A stretch of DNA of 64,000 nt from an uncultured Candidatus Saccharibacteria bacterium (GTDB taxonomy: Bacteria; Patescibacteriota; Minisyncoccia; Phycocordibacterales; UBA9973). The notes below the pieces were generated by a model that saw nothing but the letters and a program-made list of their open reading frames with translations, had not been told where the DNA came from and searched no databases. A program made the position numbers and the translations under genes. Position 1 is the first letter of the stretch. Every line of letters begins with the position of its first letter. Below, one piece after another: positions 1 through 11,386 of this stretch. The stretch spans positions 60,641 through 124,640 of the forward strand of contig CAYREQ010000002.1 in NCBI GenBank assembly GCA_964423445.1, read 5' to 3'.

Positions 1-2255
1 TAAACAATACACCTGGAGCTCATTCTGACGATATAGATCATTTGGGTCAAAGACGTGTACGTTTTGTCGGAGAAATTCTTCAACAAAAAGTACGTACAGG
101 TATGATGCAAATCAAGAGAAACATTCAAGACAGAATGTCTATCATTGATGTAGATACAGCTATGCCGATAGCTATAATAAACCAACGTCCACTCCAAGCT
201 CGTATCAAAGAATTTTTCACAACAAACCAGCTTTCACAATTCATGGCACAAGAAAACGTGCTAAATGAAATGGAGCATCTCCGTACTCTCTCAGCACTTG
301 GGCCCGGAGGTCTTACACGTGAACGCGCAGGACTTGAAGTCCGTGACGTACACCCAAGTCACTATGGAAGAGTATGTCCTATACATACACCTGAAGGTCC
401 AAACATTGGTCTTATTCTTCACCTTTCTACGTATGCAAAAATAAACGAATTTGGAATAATCGAGACTCCTTATATTAAAGTAAAAAATGGAAAAATAACT
501 GGTGAAATTCAATACTTGAATGCACTAGAAGAAGAAAAGTACAACATTGCTCACTCTGGTATCCCTTATGATTCCGAGGGGAAAATAAGTGAAGACAGAG
601 TCGAAGCTAGATTAAAGACAGAGCCTGGAACAATTTCAAAAAACGAAGTTGATTTTATTGACGTGGCTGCAAACCAAGCTTTCTCTATCGCTACTTCACT
701 CATTCCTTTCCTAGAACACAACGACGCAAACAGAGCACTCATGGGATCAAACATGCAGAAACAAGCAGTGCCTTGTGTGCTTCCAGAAGCTCCACTAGTC
801 GCTACAGGAGTAGAAGCACTAGCTTCTAGAGATTCAGGTAGATTGATAATAGCTGAAGAAGATGGCGTAGTATCTTACTTGGATGCAAGAAAAATAATCG
901 TTACCGGTAAGTCTGACAAGAAAAAGACTTATGACTTAGTAAACTTTATGAGAAATAACAACTTCTCTGTGTTCCACCAACGCCCATCTGTAAACTTGGG
1001 AGATAAAGTTAAAAAAGGTGATGTACTAGCAGACACTAGTAGTACAGTAGAAGGACAGATATCAATCGGACAAAATATTTTCGTCGCTTTCTTGTCTTGG
1101 TCTGGTTCAAACTATGAGGACGCGATAATAGTATCTGAACGTCTAGTAAAAAATAGTAAATTTACAAGTATTTACTTAGAAGAGTTTACTTGCGTGGTTC
1201 GTGATACAAAACTTGGGCCCGAAATTACAACAAGAGATATACCAAACATAGGAGAATTAAAATTGAAAGATTTGGATGAAGACGGTGTTATCCGTATCGG
1301 TGCTGAAGTACGAGAAAATGATATTTTGGTTGGTAAAATTACTCCGAAAGGAGAGACAGAGCTTACACCAGAAGAGAGATTGCTCCGAAGTATCTTTGCT
1401 GAAAAAGCACGCGATGTAAAAGACACATCACTACGTATGGAACACGGTAAACGTGGACGTATCATAGGTGTAAAAATCTTTTCACGAGATCTTGGCCACA
1501 CACTAGAAGCAGGAATAATAAAGAAAATTGTTATTGAAGTCGCACAAATAAGAAATATTTCAATTGGAGACAAGCTTTCAGGAAGACATGGAAACAAAGG
1601 AGTTATATCTATAATTCTTCCAGAAGAAGATATGCCTTACACAGCAGACGGTACACCAATAGATATTATTCTTTCTCCACTCGGTGTCCCTTCTCGTATG
1701 AACTTGGGACAGATTATGGAAATGCACTTAGGCCTAGCAGCTCATACACTAGGATATCAAGCAATCACTCCACCATTCTTGGGAGCAAAAGAAACAGAGA
1801 TAAGAGAAGAATTGAAAAAAGCTGGACTTCCAGAAAATGGAAAATTAAAACTTTTTGATGGACGAACAGGTGAAGCTTTTAATCAAGACGTAGCTGTTGG
1901 ATACATGTACATGCTAAAACTTCACCACATGGTAGAAGACAAGATCCACATGCGTTCAATTGGTCCCTACAGTCTTATCACTCAGCAACCTCTTGGGGGA
2001 AAAGCTCAAGGCGGAGGACAGAGATTCGGAGAAATGGAAGTCTGGGCACTCGAAGGTTATGGAGCAGCTTATACTTTGCGCGAAATGTTGACTATAAAAT
2101 CTGATGACATCGCAGGTCGTAGTGCGACGTTTGATTCCATTATTAAAAATGAAACGATCAGACCACCAAATTCTCCAGCATCGTTTAATGTTCTATTAAA
2201 TTATTTACGCGGACTTGCAATGGACGTGAATTTAATGAAAGACAACGAAAAATAA
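1..2255 (+). CDS. rpoB: DNA-directed RNA polymerase beta subunit, C-terminal portion (5' end lies upstream of the window)
   Basis: Reading frame is open from the window start. Hallmark RpoB motifs are present (GPGGLTRERAG, NMQKQAVP, GQRFGEMEVWALEGYGAAYTL). rpoC follows immediately. Confidence 0.95.
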   Translation, partial: NNTPGAHSDDIDHLGQRRVRFVGEILQQKVRTGMMQIKRNIQDRMSIIDVDTAMPIAIINQRPLQARIKEFFTTNQLSQFMAQENVLNEMEHLRTLSALGPGGLTRERAGLEVRDVHPSHYGRVCPIHTPEGPNIGLILHLSTYAKINEFGIIETPYIKVKNGKITGEIQYLNALEEEKYNIAHSGIPYDSEGKISEDRVEARLKTEPGTISKNEVDFIDVAANQAFSIATSLIPFLEHNDANRALMGSNMQKQAVPCVLPEAPLVATGVEALASRDSGRLIIAEEDGVVSYLDARKIIVTGKSDKKKTYDLVNFMRNNNFSVFHQRPSVNLGDKVKKGDVLADTSSTVEGQISIGQNIFVAFLSWSGSNYEDAIIVSERLVKNSKFTSIYLEEFTCVVRDTKLGPEITTRDIPNIGELKLKDLDEDGVIRIGAEVRENDILVGKITPKGETELTPEERLLRSIFAEKARDVKDTSLRMEHGKRGRIIGVKIFSRDLGHTLEAGIIKKIVIEVAQIRNISIGDKLSGRHGNKGVISIILPEEDMPYTADGTPIDIILSPLGVPSRMNLGQIMEMHLGLAAHTLGYQAITPPFLGAKETEIREELKKAGLPENGKLKLFDGRTGEAFNQDVAVGYMYMLKLHHMVEDKIHMRSIGPYSLITQQPLGGKAQGGGQRFGEMEVWALEGYGAAYTLREMLTIKSDDIAGRSATFDSIIKNETIRPPNSPASFNVLLNYLRGLAMDVNLMKDNEK

Positions 2256-2280
2256 TTTATAGACTATAAAATAAAAATAT

Positions 2281-5200
2281 ATGAAAACATTAAACACAAC
2301 TGAATTTGATAAAATTGCTCTAAGACTCGCATCTCCAGAGCAAATACAAGAATGGTCTTTTGGAGAAGTCACAAAGCCAGAGACTATAAACTATAGAACA
2401 GGGCGCAGTGAGCGTGGTGGCTTGTTCGACGAAAAAATATTCGGACCAGAAAAAGACTATGAATGTTACTGTGGAAAATACCGAAGAATTCGTTATAAAG
2501 ATATTATCTGTGAAAAATGTGGAGTGGAAGTTACTCGCTCTATAGTAAGACGAGAGAGAATGGGTCATATCGAACTCGCTACTCCTGTATCACATATCTG
2601 GTTCTTGCGTGGAGTACCTTCTCGCATGAGTATATTACTCAATATTTCTGTATCTGATCTTGAGAAGGTCATATACTTTGCTGGATATATAATAGTCAAA
2701 GTACACGAAGAAGAAAAAAAGACTATCATAGAAAATCTAGAGAAGGAGTATAAATCTAAATTGAAAAATTCTAGTGATGAGGAGACAAAAGAAAAATTAA
2801 AGAATTTACTTTCTATCACTAAAAAAGAAATTACAGAAATATATGAAGGTAAAGTTTTAAATGAAATATCTTTCCATCATTATTCTCTAAAATACGGTAC
2901 TTGTTTTGAAGCTAGCATAGGAGCTGAAGCTATATATTCTATTTTCAAAAACCTAGACCTAAATAAACTAAAACTACACACTGAAGCTATGCTTGTAAAA
3001 GCAAGTATCGTTGAAAAAGAAAAGTTACAAAAAAGACTTTCTTTGATTCGTGCTATGACTTATGCAGGAATTCGTCCCGAATGGATGTTTTTGACTGTAA
3101 TACCAGTCATTCCTCCAGTGCTTCGCCCTATGGTGGCACTCGATGGTGGTAGACACGCTACAAGTGATCTTAACGACTTATATCGCCGAGTTATAAACCG
3201 AAATAATCGTCTAAAGAAACTAAAAGAAATAAATGCTCCAGACGTAATTCTAAGAAATGAAAAAAGAATTATCCAAGAAGCAGTGGATGCTCTTATAGAT
3301 AACTCAATTGCAAAACAAAATGATTCTACAGCAATGAGTCAATCTCAGAGACGTCCCTTGAAATCTTTGTCTGACAACTTGAAATCAAAACAAGGTTTGT
3401 TCCGTCAAAACTTGCTTGGAAAGCGTGTAGACTATTCTGGACGTTCTGTAATCGTGGTTGGTCCTACTCTAAAATTGAATCAATGTGGTCTACCAAAACA
3501 CATGGCTCTAGAATTATTTAGACCATTTGTTATTTCAAAGATACTTGAATCAGAACTAGCGTTTAACATCAGAGGAGCAAATAAACTAATAGAAGAGCGA
3601 GAGGGAGTAATCTGGGCAATCTTAGAAGAAATAATTGAAGGAAAATATGTTCTTCTAAACCGTGCGCCTACTTTGCACCGTCTTGGTATCCAAGCTTTCA
3701 ATCCAATTCTTATCGAAGGAAATGCTATCCAAGTGCACCCACTAGTATGTGAGGCTTTCAACGCTGACTTCGACGGAGACCAGATGGCTGTATATGTTCC
3801 ACTACTAGATGAAGCACAAAAAGAAGCAAAAGAATTAATGGCAGCAAATAAAAACTTGCTTAAGCCACAAAACGGAAATCCAATCGTGCATCCAAGTAAA
3901 GACATAGTCTTGGGATCTTACTGGATGACTAAGAACATGGATGGAGAATTGGGGGAAGGAAAATATTTCTCAAATCCAAATACAGCTATATTAGCTTTTG
4001 AGTATGGAGTAGTATCCCTTCGTGCAAAGATAAAAGTATTAGCTACTGATAGACAAAAATATAAAAAATTTAACGGAGAAATGTTTGAGACGACAGTAGG
4101 AAGACTATTATTCAATAGTATTTTGCCAAACGACTTTTCTTTTGTTAATGACGAAATGACTCAAGGCAGACTATCAGCATTATTGGATGAGCTTATCATG
4201 CAATACGGCGTAGACAATACTCCTCCAATCCTAGACAAGATTAAAGCTTTCGGATTCAAATATTCTACAGTTTCTGGTACTACTTGGGGGCTAGACAATG
4301 TCAGTGTTCCTGCACAAAAACCAGCAATAATTAAAAAGGGTAGAGACTTAGAAGAAAAAATAATATCAGAATGGAGTGACGGTCTTCTTTCAAACGAAGA
4401 AAAATATCAAAAAGTTATTGAAGTTTGGGCAAGTGCTAAAAAAGAATTAGAAAAAGTATTGCCTAGTACTCTTGATGTAAATAGTTCTACTTATGACTTA
4501 TTCACTTCAAAAGCTAGAGGTACTATGACTTCATTGGTCCAGATGACAGGAATGAAGGGACTTATTCAAAACAACCAAGGTAAGACTTTGGAATTCCCAA
4601 TCATATCTTGTTACCAAGAAGGTCTTTCTCCTCTTGAATACTTCATAACTACTCACGGAGCTCGAAAAGGTGCATCTGATACCGCTTTGAACACTGCGAA
4701 GGCTGGTTATTTGACTCGAAGACTTGTGGACGTAGCTCAAGACGTGGTCATCACCGAAGAAGATTGTGGAACTAAAGAAGGTAAAATTGTCTCAAAAGAA
4801 AATATTTCTGGTATTGAAATTCCTCTTTCAAAAAATATTCGTGGACGTGTACTCGCTGGAGATTTGAAAGATGCACAAGGCAATGTTGTTTACAAGAAAG
4901 GATTCTTGGTAACAAAAGAAGAAGCAATAAATATAGAGAAACAAGGATTCACAGAAGTATTTGTACGTTCACCACTTACATGTCGTACTATTCACGGTCT
5001 ATGTGTAATGTGTTACGGACTTGATCTAGGAAGAAATCATCTTGTAGATCTAGGTGAGGCTGTAGGTATTATCGCAGCGCAAGCTATCGGAGAGCCTGGT
5101 ACACAGCTTACACTTCGTACATTCCACGCTGGAGGAGTCGCTGGTACTGACATCACTACTGGTCTTCCACGTATTGAAGAAATCTTTGAAAGAAGAATTC

Positions 5201-5889
5201 CAAAGAACCCAGCTGTAGTCTCAGAGACAGACGGAGAAGTAATTTCTATTACTGCAAAAGATGGTGAAGAGAAAATCATAAAAGTATTATCTGATACAAA
5301 ATTAGATGGCAAGAGTAATGAGATGGAATACATAGTAGCTTTCCGTCGAGTACCTATGGTAAAAGCAGGTGATAAGGTGAAAAAGGGAGAGCTTCTCACA
5401 GATGGTTCTGCTGACATTGCTCAAATATTCAAATTTGGAGGAAAAGAACTTGTAGAGAAATACATCATTCATGAAATCAATAAAGTTTACGAACTTCAAA
5501 ATGCTTCTATTTCTAGAAAGCACACTGAAATAATCGTTCGCCAAATGTTCTCACGCCGAAAGATAAAAGACGCAGGAGAGACAAACTTCTCTGCTGGAGA
5601 TATCGTAGAACACACTACTTTCATGGAAGAAAATATTCGTATGAATGAAATAGGTGGAACTGAAGCAAAAGCTGAGACAGTGGTCCTAGGTATTACCGAA
5701 GTATCACTTCGTACAAAGAGTTGGTTATCTGCTGCTTCATTCCAAAACACTAACCGTGTCTTAATCGAAAATGCTATCAAGGGCGGAGTAGATAACCTAC
5801 GCGGACTAAAAGAAAACGTAATCATCGGACGATTGATTCCAGCCGGAACAGGATTCAAAAAGAAAGCTTCTACTTCTAAAGAAGAATAA
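2281..5889 (+). CDS. rpoC: DNA-directed RNA polymerase beta' subunit
   Basis: 1202 aa with a Zn-finger CxxC...CxxC near the N-terminus, the catalytic NADFDGD motif, and the characteristic rpoB-rpoC gene order. Confidence 0.97.
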   Translation: MKTLNTTEFDKIALRLASPEQIQEWSFGEVTKPETINYRTGRSERGGLFDEKIFGPEKDYECYCGKYRRIRYKDIICEKCGVEVTRSIVRRERMGHIELATPVSHIWFLRGVPSRMSILLNISVSDLEKVIYFAGYIIVKVHEEEKKTIIENLEKEYKSKLKNSSDEETKEKLKNLLSITKKEITEIYEGKVLNEISFHHYSLKYGTCFEASIGAEAIYSIFKNLDLNKLKLHTEAMLVKASIVEKEKLQKRLSLIRAMTYAGIRPEWMFLTVIPVIPPVLRPMVALDGGRHATSDLNDLYRRVINRNNRLKKLKEINAPDVILRNEKRIIQEAVDALIDNSIAKQNDSTAMSQSQRRPLKSLSDNLKSKQGLFRQNLLGKRVDYSGRSVIVVGPTLKLNQCGLPKHMALELFRPFVISKILESELAFNIRGANKLIEEREGVIWAILEEIIEGKYVLLNRAPTLHRLGIQAFNPILIEGNAIQVHPLVCEAFNADFDGDQMAVYVPLLDEAQKEAKELMAANKNLLKPQNGNPIVHPSKDIVLGSYWMTKNMDGELGEGKYFSNPNTAILAFEYGVVSLRAKIKVLATDRQKYKKFNGEMFETTVGRLLFNSILPNDFSFVNDEMTQGRLSALLDELIMQYGVDNTPPILDKIKAFGFKYSTVSGTTWGLDNVSVPAQKPAIIKKGRDLEEKIISEWSDGLLSNEEKYQKVIEVWASAKKELEKVLPSTLDVNSSTYDLFTSKARGTMTSLVQMTGMKGLIQNNQGKTLEFPIISCYQEGLSPLEYFITTHGARKGASDTALNTAKAGYLTRRLVDVAQDVVITEEDCGTKEGKIVSKENISGIEIPLSKNIRGRVLAGDLKDAQGNVVYKKGFLVTKEEAINIEKQGFTEVFVRSPLTCRTIHGLCVMCYGLDLGRNHLVDLGEAVGIIAAQAIGEPGTQLTLRTFHAGGVAGTDITTGLPRIEEIFERRIPKNPAVVSETDGEVISITAKDGEEKIIKVLSDTKLDGKSNEMEYIVAFRRVPMVKAGDKVKKGELLTDGSADIAQIFKFGGKELVEKYIIHEINKVYELQNASISRKHTEIIVRQMFSRRKIKDAGETNFSAGDIVEHTTFMEENIRMNEIGGTEAKAETVVLGITEVSLRTKSWLSAASFQNTNRVLIENAIKGGVDNLRGLKENVIIGRLIPAGTGFKKKASTSKEE

Positions 5890-5895
5890 AATTTT

Positions 5896-7653
5896 ATGAA
5901 CTCTCCCGTAACAAAAATTAAGGAGAGCCTGCCAATCGAAGAAATAGTCTCTTCTTACATAAAGCTAGAAAAGTCAGGCGCAAATTTTAGGGCCAAGTGT
6001 CCATTTCACAACGAAAAGACACCATCCTTTTTTGTTTCGCCAGCACGGGGGAGCTACTACTGTTTTGGATGTAGTGCTTCTGGAGATATATTTACTTTCG
6101 TGGAAGAATTTGAAGGCTTGGATTTCAAGGGGGCATTGAAACTTTTGGCTGGTAAAGCTGGAATCCAGCTAGAGAATTTTAATCCCAAAGAAGAGAGTGA
6201 AAAAGAAAGACTTTACAGAGTGATGGAAGAAGCTACAAAGTTCTTTGAAAAAAACTTAGAAAAAAATTCTGAAGTCATTACCTATCTTAAGACAAGAGGT
6301 CTAAATGATGAAAGTATTAAAAATTTCCGTATTGGATTTGTTCCTGAAGAATGGAGACTTTTATATTCTCATCTCACACAGATTGGTTGGAAAGATAATG
6401 ATATAGAAAAAGCTGGACTCGCTAAAAAGACAGAAAAGGGAATGTATGATAGATTTCGTAATCGAATCGTGTTTCCTATCTCTGACTCCAGTGGGCGAGT
6501 CATAGCCTTTTCTGGAAGACTTTTTAAAGATGATGGAAAGTCTGCAAAGTACTTGAATAGTCCAGATACACCTATCTTTAATAAATCTCTAGTATTGTTT
6601 GGCTTGGATAAAGCCAAGGAATCTATTCGTAAAAATAATTTTTCTATACTTGTCGAAGGTCAGATGGATTTGGTATTGTCTCACCAAGCAGGTTATAAAA
6701 ATACTGTAGCCACCTCTGGTACTGCCTTGTCTGATGCTACTGTAAGCAAAGAGAATGTAGTTTCAAATCTTGGACTTGTTCGTCGTTTGTCTGAAAATAT
6801 TGTACTTGCTTTTGATGGTGATAAGGCTGGATTTAGCGCATCATTAAGGGCAGGCAAGATAGCTCTATCGCTCGGCATGGACGTAAAAGTAGCCAATTTG
6901 CCACAAGGAGTAGACCCAGCAGACTTGATATCAAAAGATGGAAATGATGCTTGGCGTAGCGCCATAAGAGGCTCAAAACACCTGATAGAATTCTTTTTAG
7001 ACAAGGTTTTACTGGACGCGAGTGGAGACAATAGAAAAGCGGGACGAGAAATAAAAGAAAAAGTGCTTCCTTTTGTAAACTCAATAGAAAGCTCAATAGA
7101 GCAAATGCATTTTATTAAAAAAATATCTGATATGTCATCTATACCAGAACAGGCGTTGAAAGATGATTTAAAAAAAATTGAACAAGAGTTGAAGTTTGAA
7201 AAAAATGAAATTAAAGAAATAAAAAATACTAGCAGTGCTATATCTAAAAAAGATTATATAGAGAAAAAACTTTTAGGTATAATTGTTTGGCAGAAAGGTC
7301 TCGGTGAATCAGAGATAGATACCGATAAAATATTGAGAGATTTGAGTACAATTTCAAAGCAGAATGAAGATTATTTTTTAGAAAAAACTAAAAACAACAA
7401 AGAAGATCTTATTTTTGAAGCAGAAGTTTTTTATGGAGGAGGAATAGACCTAAAGAAAGACATAAATGAGCTTTTGTTAAACTTAGAAGAAGAATATTTA
7501 AATGAAGATTTAGCAAAGAAAATGCAAGAATTACACAGACATTCGCAAAATAAAAACCCAGAAAAAGAAAGAGAAGTCATGGAAGAATTAAAAGAAATAA
7601 ACAATAAAATACAAAATATTAAAAATAGTCGTTTAAATAATAAGTTTATATAA
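5896..7653 (+). CDS. dnaG: DNA primase
   Basis: N-terminal CHC2 zinc finger ([11 protein letters not shown]...CFGC) and a TOPRIM region (ILVEGQMD...AFDGDKAG). Sits directly upstream of rpoD, the classical dnaG-rpoD arrangement. Confidence 0.9.
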   Translation: MNSPVTKIKESLPIEEIVSSYIKLEKSGANFRAKCPFHNEKTPSFFVSPARGSYYCFGCSASGDIFTFVEEFEGLDFKGALKLLAGKAGIQLENFNPKEESEKERLYRVMEEATKFFEKNLEKNSEVITYLKTRGLNDESIKNFRIGFVPEEWRLLYSHLTQIGWKDNDIEKAGLAKKTEKGMYDRFRNRIVFPISDSSGRVIAFSGRLFKDDGKSAKYLNSPDTPIFNKSLVLFGLDKAKESIRKNNFSILVEGQMDLVLSHQAGYKNTVATSGTALSDATVSKENVVSNLGLVRRLSENIVLAFDGDKAGFSASLRAGKIALSLGMDVKVANLPQGVDPADLISKDGNDAWRSAIRGSKHLIEFFLDKVLLDASGDNRKAGREIKEKVLPFVNSIESSIEQMHFIKKISDMSSIPEQALKDDLKKIEQELKFEKNEIKEIKNTSSAISKKDYIEKKLLGIIVWQKGLGESEIDTDKILRDLSTISKQNEDYFLEKTKNNKEDLIFEAEVFYGGGIDLKKDINELLLNLEEEYLNEDLAKKMQELHRHSQNKNPEKEREVMEELKEINNKIQNIKNSRLNNKFI

Positions 7654-7657
7654 AAAT

Positions 7658-8917
7658 ATGAAAACAAAAAATAAAGTAGCAAAGAAAAAAGTAATAAAGA
7701 AAAAGATAAAAGTAGTAAAGAAGGTGAAAAAACCTGTAAAAAAAGCTAAAGCAAAGGCTGTCAAAAAGATTGCAAAAAAGAAGGTAGTAAAGAAAAAAGT
7801 CATAAAGAAAAAGCCAGTAAAAATAGCAAAGAAAAGTAATAAGGCTGAGACTAAAGAACAAAAATTAAATCGTCTTTCAGATGAATTGGTAGAAAAAGGA
7901 CGCAAGAGAGGCTTTATAACCTATGATGAAATTTTGAAAGTTTTTCCTGATATTGAAAACAACATCTTATTCTTGGATGAGCTTTATGAAAAATTTGGGT
8001 TGGCATCTATCGATGTGTTAGAAGGAGGAAACTTGCTTGACCTAGATTTAGATATTACTGATAAAGACTTAAACAAAGGTTCAATGCATGATTCTATCCA
8101 AATGTACTTGAAAGAGATAGGACAATACCCACTTATTCGTGCAGGAGAAGAGAGAGATTTAGCAAAGAGAATAGAACAAGGTGATATGGAAGCAAAGAAT
8201 TTGCTCGCTCGCGCGAACCTTCGATTGGTGGTATCTATCGCTAAAAAATATGTAGGCAGAAGTGCAAATTTAAATTTACTTGATTTGATACAAGAAGGAA
8301 ACCTCGGATTATTTAAAGCTGTAGAAAAATTTGATTGGACTAAAGGATACAAGTTTTCTACTTATGCTACTTGGTGGATTCGTCAGTCTATCACTCGTGC
8401 CCTTGCTGACCAAAGCAGAACTATTCGTATACCGGTGCACATGGTAGAGACAATATCAAAATATAAACAAATAATGCGAAGACTTTCTCAAGACCTTGGC
8501 CGTGAGCCACTCGCTGAAGAGATAGCCACAGAGATGGATATACCAGTAGAGAAGATTCATATTATTGAAAAAATTAGCCAAGACACAATCTCATTAGAAC
8601 AGCCGATAGGTGACGATGATGATAAGTCAACATTGGAAAACTTTATTCCAGACGACAAGATTTTACGTCCAGATCAAGAATCTTCTCGCCGAATTTTATC
8701 TGACCAAATTCGTGAAGTCTTGGATGAATTGAATCCTAAAGAAAGAAAAATTCTTGAAATGAGATATGGCTTACTAGACGGCATACAGCACACACTCGAG
8801 AGAGTGGGGGAAGAATTTGGAGTCACTCGTGAACGTATAAGACAGATTGAAGCTAAAGTTCATGAAAAGCTTCGCCAGCATGAAAAAATAGCAAGACTTA
8901 AAAATTACTTTGATTAA
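7658..8917 (+). CDS. rpoD: Primary sigma-70 factor with a roughly 65-aa lysine-rich (KKxVxKK) N-terminal extension
   Basis: Regions 2-4 are conserved ([13 protein letters not shown], and a region 4.2 [20 protein letters not shown]). The N-terminus is a histone H1-like run of KKK/V/A repeats. Confidence 0.9.
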   Translation: MKTKNKVAKKKVIKKKIKVVKKVKKPVKKAKAKAVKKIAKKKVVKKKVIKKKPVKIAKKSNKAETKEQKLNRLSDELVEKGRKRGFITYDEILKVFPDIENNILFLDELYEKFGLASIDVLEGGNLLDLDLDITDKDLNKGSMHDSIQMYLKEIGQYPLIRAGEERDLAKRIEQGDMEAKNLLARANLRLVVSIAKKYVGRSANLNLLDLIQEGNLGLFKAVEKFDWTKGYKFSTYATWWIRQSITRALADQSRTIRIPVHMVETISKYKQIMRRLSQDLGREPLAEEIATEMDIPVEKIHIIEKISQDTISLEQPIGDDDDKSTLENFIPDDKILRPDQESSRRILSDQIREVLDELNPKERKILEMRYGLLDGIQHTLERVGEEFGVTRERIRQIEAKVHEKLRQHEKIARLKNYFD

Positions 8918-8920
8918 ATA

Positions 8921-8950
8921 AAAAATCCCCCATATGGGGGATTTTTTATT
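8921..8950. terminator. Rho-independent, bidirectional terminator between the convergent rpoD and dsbA-like genes
   Basis: Perfect hairpin aaaaatccccc-atat-gggggattttt, flanked by T-tracts on both strands. Confidence 0.75.
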
Positions 8951-8963
8951 TATGAACATTGCT

Positions 8964-9659
8964 TTATTGCTTCAAAGCCTTATCAATCTTTTGTTTTACT
9001 GATGGGAATTGTTCTGCTCCTGGGATAGTATCTACCATTTTACCATTTACAAAGATAAATGAAGATGGAGTACCACTGACACCTGCTTGTGAACCCTCAG
9101 TTATATCTGCTTGAATTTTGTCTACAAATTTACCACTATCTAAACAAGTTTCAAAAGCTTTAACATCTAGACCGATATATTTTGCTATGTTTGAAAGCTC
9201 AGATACTTCTAAACCATTGTTTGATGGAGTAACTTCAAAAACTCTATTAGTATATTTCCAGAAAGCTTCATTACCACCTTGTTCCCAAGCACACTCTGTA
9301 GCTTCTGCTTCATGAAAAGCTTTTGGGTGAAGTTGAGGAATAGGGTAGTGTCTAAATACCCAAGCTACATCACCATCATACATAGATACTGTCTGTTGCA
9401 TTGTCTGGTGGAAAACTTTACAGAAAGGACATTCAAGGTCTGAATATTCTACCACTATTACTTTTGCGTCCAAACTTCCGACAATATGATCATCCATATC
9501 TGCGGGCATTACTATGTCTGCATTGATACTATCTGTTACAAGAGGCACTTTCTCTACTTTTACTGGTGGTTTACTATCTTTTAATAATATAGCTCCAGCT
9601 ATGAGAAAACCTACTACTATAATCGCACTTACTATCTCTTTTTGTTGAATTTTTGGCAT
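8964..9659 (-). CDS. DsbA-family thiol:disulfide oxidoreductase (thioredoxin fold, CPFC active site) with an N-terminal membrane anchor
   Basis: N-terminal TM helix, a CPFC motif followed by the helical insertion typical of DsbA/FrnE-like proteins, and a cis-Pro region. Confidence 0.75.
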   Translation of the reverse strand: MPKIQQKEIVSAIIVVGFLIAGAILLKDSKPPVKVEKVPLVTDSINADIVMPADMDDHIVGSLDAKVIVVEYSDLECPFCKVFHQTMQQTVSMYDGDVAWVFRHYPIPQLHPKAFHEAEATECAWEQGGNEAFWKYTNRVFEVTPSNNGLEVSELSNIAKYIGLDVKAFETCLDSGKFVDKIQADITEGSQAGVSGTPSSFIFVNGKMVDTIPGAEQFPSVKQKIDKALKQ

Positions 9660-9686
9660 ATTTTATATGATAATGACTAATACGCT

Positions 9687-9717
9687 ATTGTAGCATATTT
9701 TGTAATTGTGCTACAAT
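9687..9717. promoter_or_regulatory. Inverted repeat ATTGTAGCA-N13-TGCTACAAT in the divergent intergenic region (candidate operator)
   Basis: 9/9 perfect inverted repeat (10/11 if extended) between the divergently transcribed dsbA-like and DUF378 genes. Confidence 0.3.
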
Positions 9718-9765
9718 AAATGTATTATAAAGGTCATTTATTAATTAATTTTTTTAAATAATATT

Positions 9766-10056
9766 ATGTGTAAAGGAAAATTTGGAGCATGTATGTGTGT
9801 ACCAGCTTTAATCGCTAAGATTCTACTTATAGTAGGAGGAGTAAATTGGGGTTTGGTAGGTGTAGGTATGTTTATGGGCAGTAATTTAAATCTAGTAAAC
9901 TTGATTTTTGGTTCAATGCCTACAGTAGAGGCTATTGTATATGTCGTAGTCGGTCTTTCAGCAGTCATGAGTCTTATTGGATGCCGATGCAAGACTTGTT
10001 CTAGCTGTACTTGCAGTGTTGACTCTAGTGCAAAGACAGGGGACGGAATGATGTAG
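9766..10056 (+). CDS. DUF378-family small membrane protein with a Cys-rich C-terminal tail
   Basis: Has the GGxNWGLVG signature of DUF378 (YuzA-like) in two TM helices. The C-terminus CRCKTCSSCTCS is unusual. The true start may be the internal Met at 9793. Confidence 0.6.
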   Translation: MCKGKFGACMCVPALIAKILLIVGGVNWGLVGVGMFMGSNLNLVNLIFGSMPTVEAIVYVVVGLSAVMSLIGCRCKTCSSCTCSVDSSAKTGDGMM

Positions 10057-10137
10057 TTTTTTACACCATTTGACAAAACCCAATATAGGTGGGATTATTT
10101 GCATTTTTCTGTAAATAGTGTTATAATACAACATTAT

Positions 10138-11379
10138 ATGTCTTCGGTTACAAATTTTATATTTTATATATTCATATTTCTTTCTGTTTACGCGCAGGTC
10201 TTTTTCTTCGTTACTTTCCTAGAAAATAGAAAAAGAATAATCACTAGAAACGGGAAAATAAAATTAAAAAATTACCCTCCTGTTACTATTGTAATTCCTT
10301 GCTGGAACGAAGAAACTACAGTATATAAAACTATACGTTCAGCACTAAATTTAAATTATCCGAAAGATAAATTGAAAATAATGCTGATTGATGATGGCTC
10401 TACTGATGGTACATGGAATATTATTAAAAAATTCTCAAAATATCCTAATATCAAAGTATTTAAAAAAGAAAATGGAGGAAAATATACTGCACTCAATCTC
10501 GGGTTAAAAGAAATGGATACTGAATTTTTTGGTGGGCTAGACGCTGACTCTTATGCAGACCCTGAGTCACTAATCCGTATTATGAGCTATTTCGAGAATA
10601 ACCCTGAAGCTATGGCCGTGGTTCCTTCTGTGACAGTACACAATGCAAAGACGATAATACAAAATGCTCAAAAGGCAGAGTACCACATGGGTGTATATTT
10701 CAAGAAAATGCTAGATTTCGTAGGTGCTATAAACGTGACACCTGGACCACTTACAATCTTTAGAAAGAAAGTTTTTGATGATTTGGGTCCATACAAGCAC
10801 GGACACAATACAGAAGACATGGAGATAGCTTATAGAATGCAAAAAAATCACTATAAGATAGAGCACTGTAATGATGCATACGTTTATACCAATACTCCAC
10901 GAACTATCAAAAAACTTTACAAACAAAGACTGCGCTGGATTTATGGTTTTATCAATAACACCTTAGACTACCGTGGCGTTTTATTTAGGAAAAAATATGG
11001 GAATTTCTCTTTATTTACTTTGCCACTAGGAGCACTTTCTATTTTCTCTGTGACTTATCTTTTTAGTAGAATAGTCTATTCTACTGTAGAATTTCTATAT
11101 TCAAAATTTATAGTTTATCAAACTATTGGTTTTCATTTTAATAAAATTAATTTTGACCCATTTTTCATAAACACAAAAGCTTCTATGTTTTTGGTAGTGG
11201 TCATATATAGTTTGGTTATCTTTGCTATGGTATTTGGTAGAAGAATGGCTGAGAGACGTTGGTCATTTTCTTTGTCCATGTTATACTTCTTTCCAGTTTT
11301 CAGTATCATCGCACCGTTTTGGTTTATGAAAGCTTTATACACTACTATTGTAAATAGACGTCCACCAGCGTGGAGATAA
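10138..11379 (+). CDS. Processive family-2 glycosyltransferase (cellulose/chitin/hyaluronan-synthase-like) with C-terminal TM helices
   Basis: DDGSTDGT (DxD region), a TED motif and the QRLRW (QxxRW) processive-synthase motif. Multi-TM at both the N- and C-termini. The track ORF begins at an upstream TTG (10099); ATG 10138 is preferred. Confidence 0.8.
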   Translation: MSSVTNFIFYIFIFLSVYAQVFFFVTFLENRKRIITRNGKIKLKNYPPVTIVIPCWNEETTVYKTIRSALNLNYPKDKLKIMLIDDGSTDGTWNIIKKFSKYPNIKVFKKENGGKYTALNLGLKEMDTEFFGGLDADSYADPESLIRIMSYFENNPEAMAVVPSVTVHNAKTIIQNAQKAEYHMGVYFKKMLDFVGAINVTPGPLTIFRKKVFDDLGPYKHGHNTEDMEIAYRMQKNHYKIEHCNDAYVYTNTPRTIKKLYKQRLRWIYGFINNTLDYRGVLFRKKYGNFSLFTLPLGALSIFSVTYLFSRIVYSTVEFLYSKFIVYQTIGFHFNKINFDPFFINTKASMFLVVVIYSLVIFAMVFGRRMAERRWSFSLSMLYFFPVFSIIAPFWFMKALYTTIVNRRPPAWR

Positions 11380-11386
11380 AAAATAT

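Noticed and set aside
291-5858. Numerous 60-140-aa antisense or out-of-frame ORFs inside rpoB/rpoC (for example 1172..1597, 3480..3905, 5037..5417)
   Set aside because: They are embedded in highly conserved genes, have no motifs, and show composition typical of shadow ORFs.
7431-7905. Phe/Leu-rich minus-strand ORFs (7431..7682, 7633..7905, 7646..7861)
   Set aside because: They are antisense to the dnaG 3' end and to the AAG/AAA-rich Lys tract of rpoD (TTT/CTT). Composition is nonsensical, and they overlap high-confidence genes.
10099-10137. TTG-initiated N-terminal extension of the GT2 ORF, and the 14336 extension of proS
   Set aside because: The extensions add non-conserved residues. Internal ATGs give N-termini matching family consensus.
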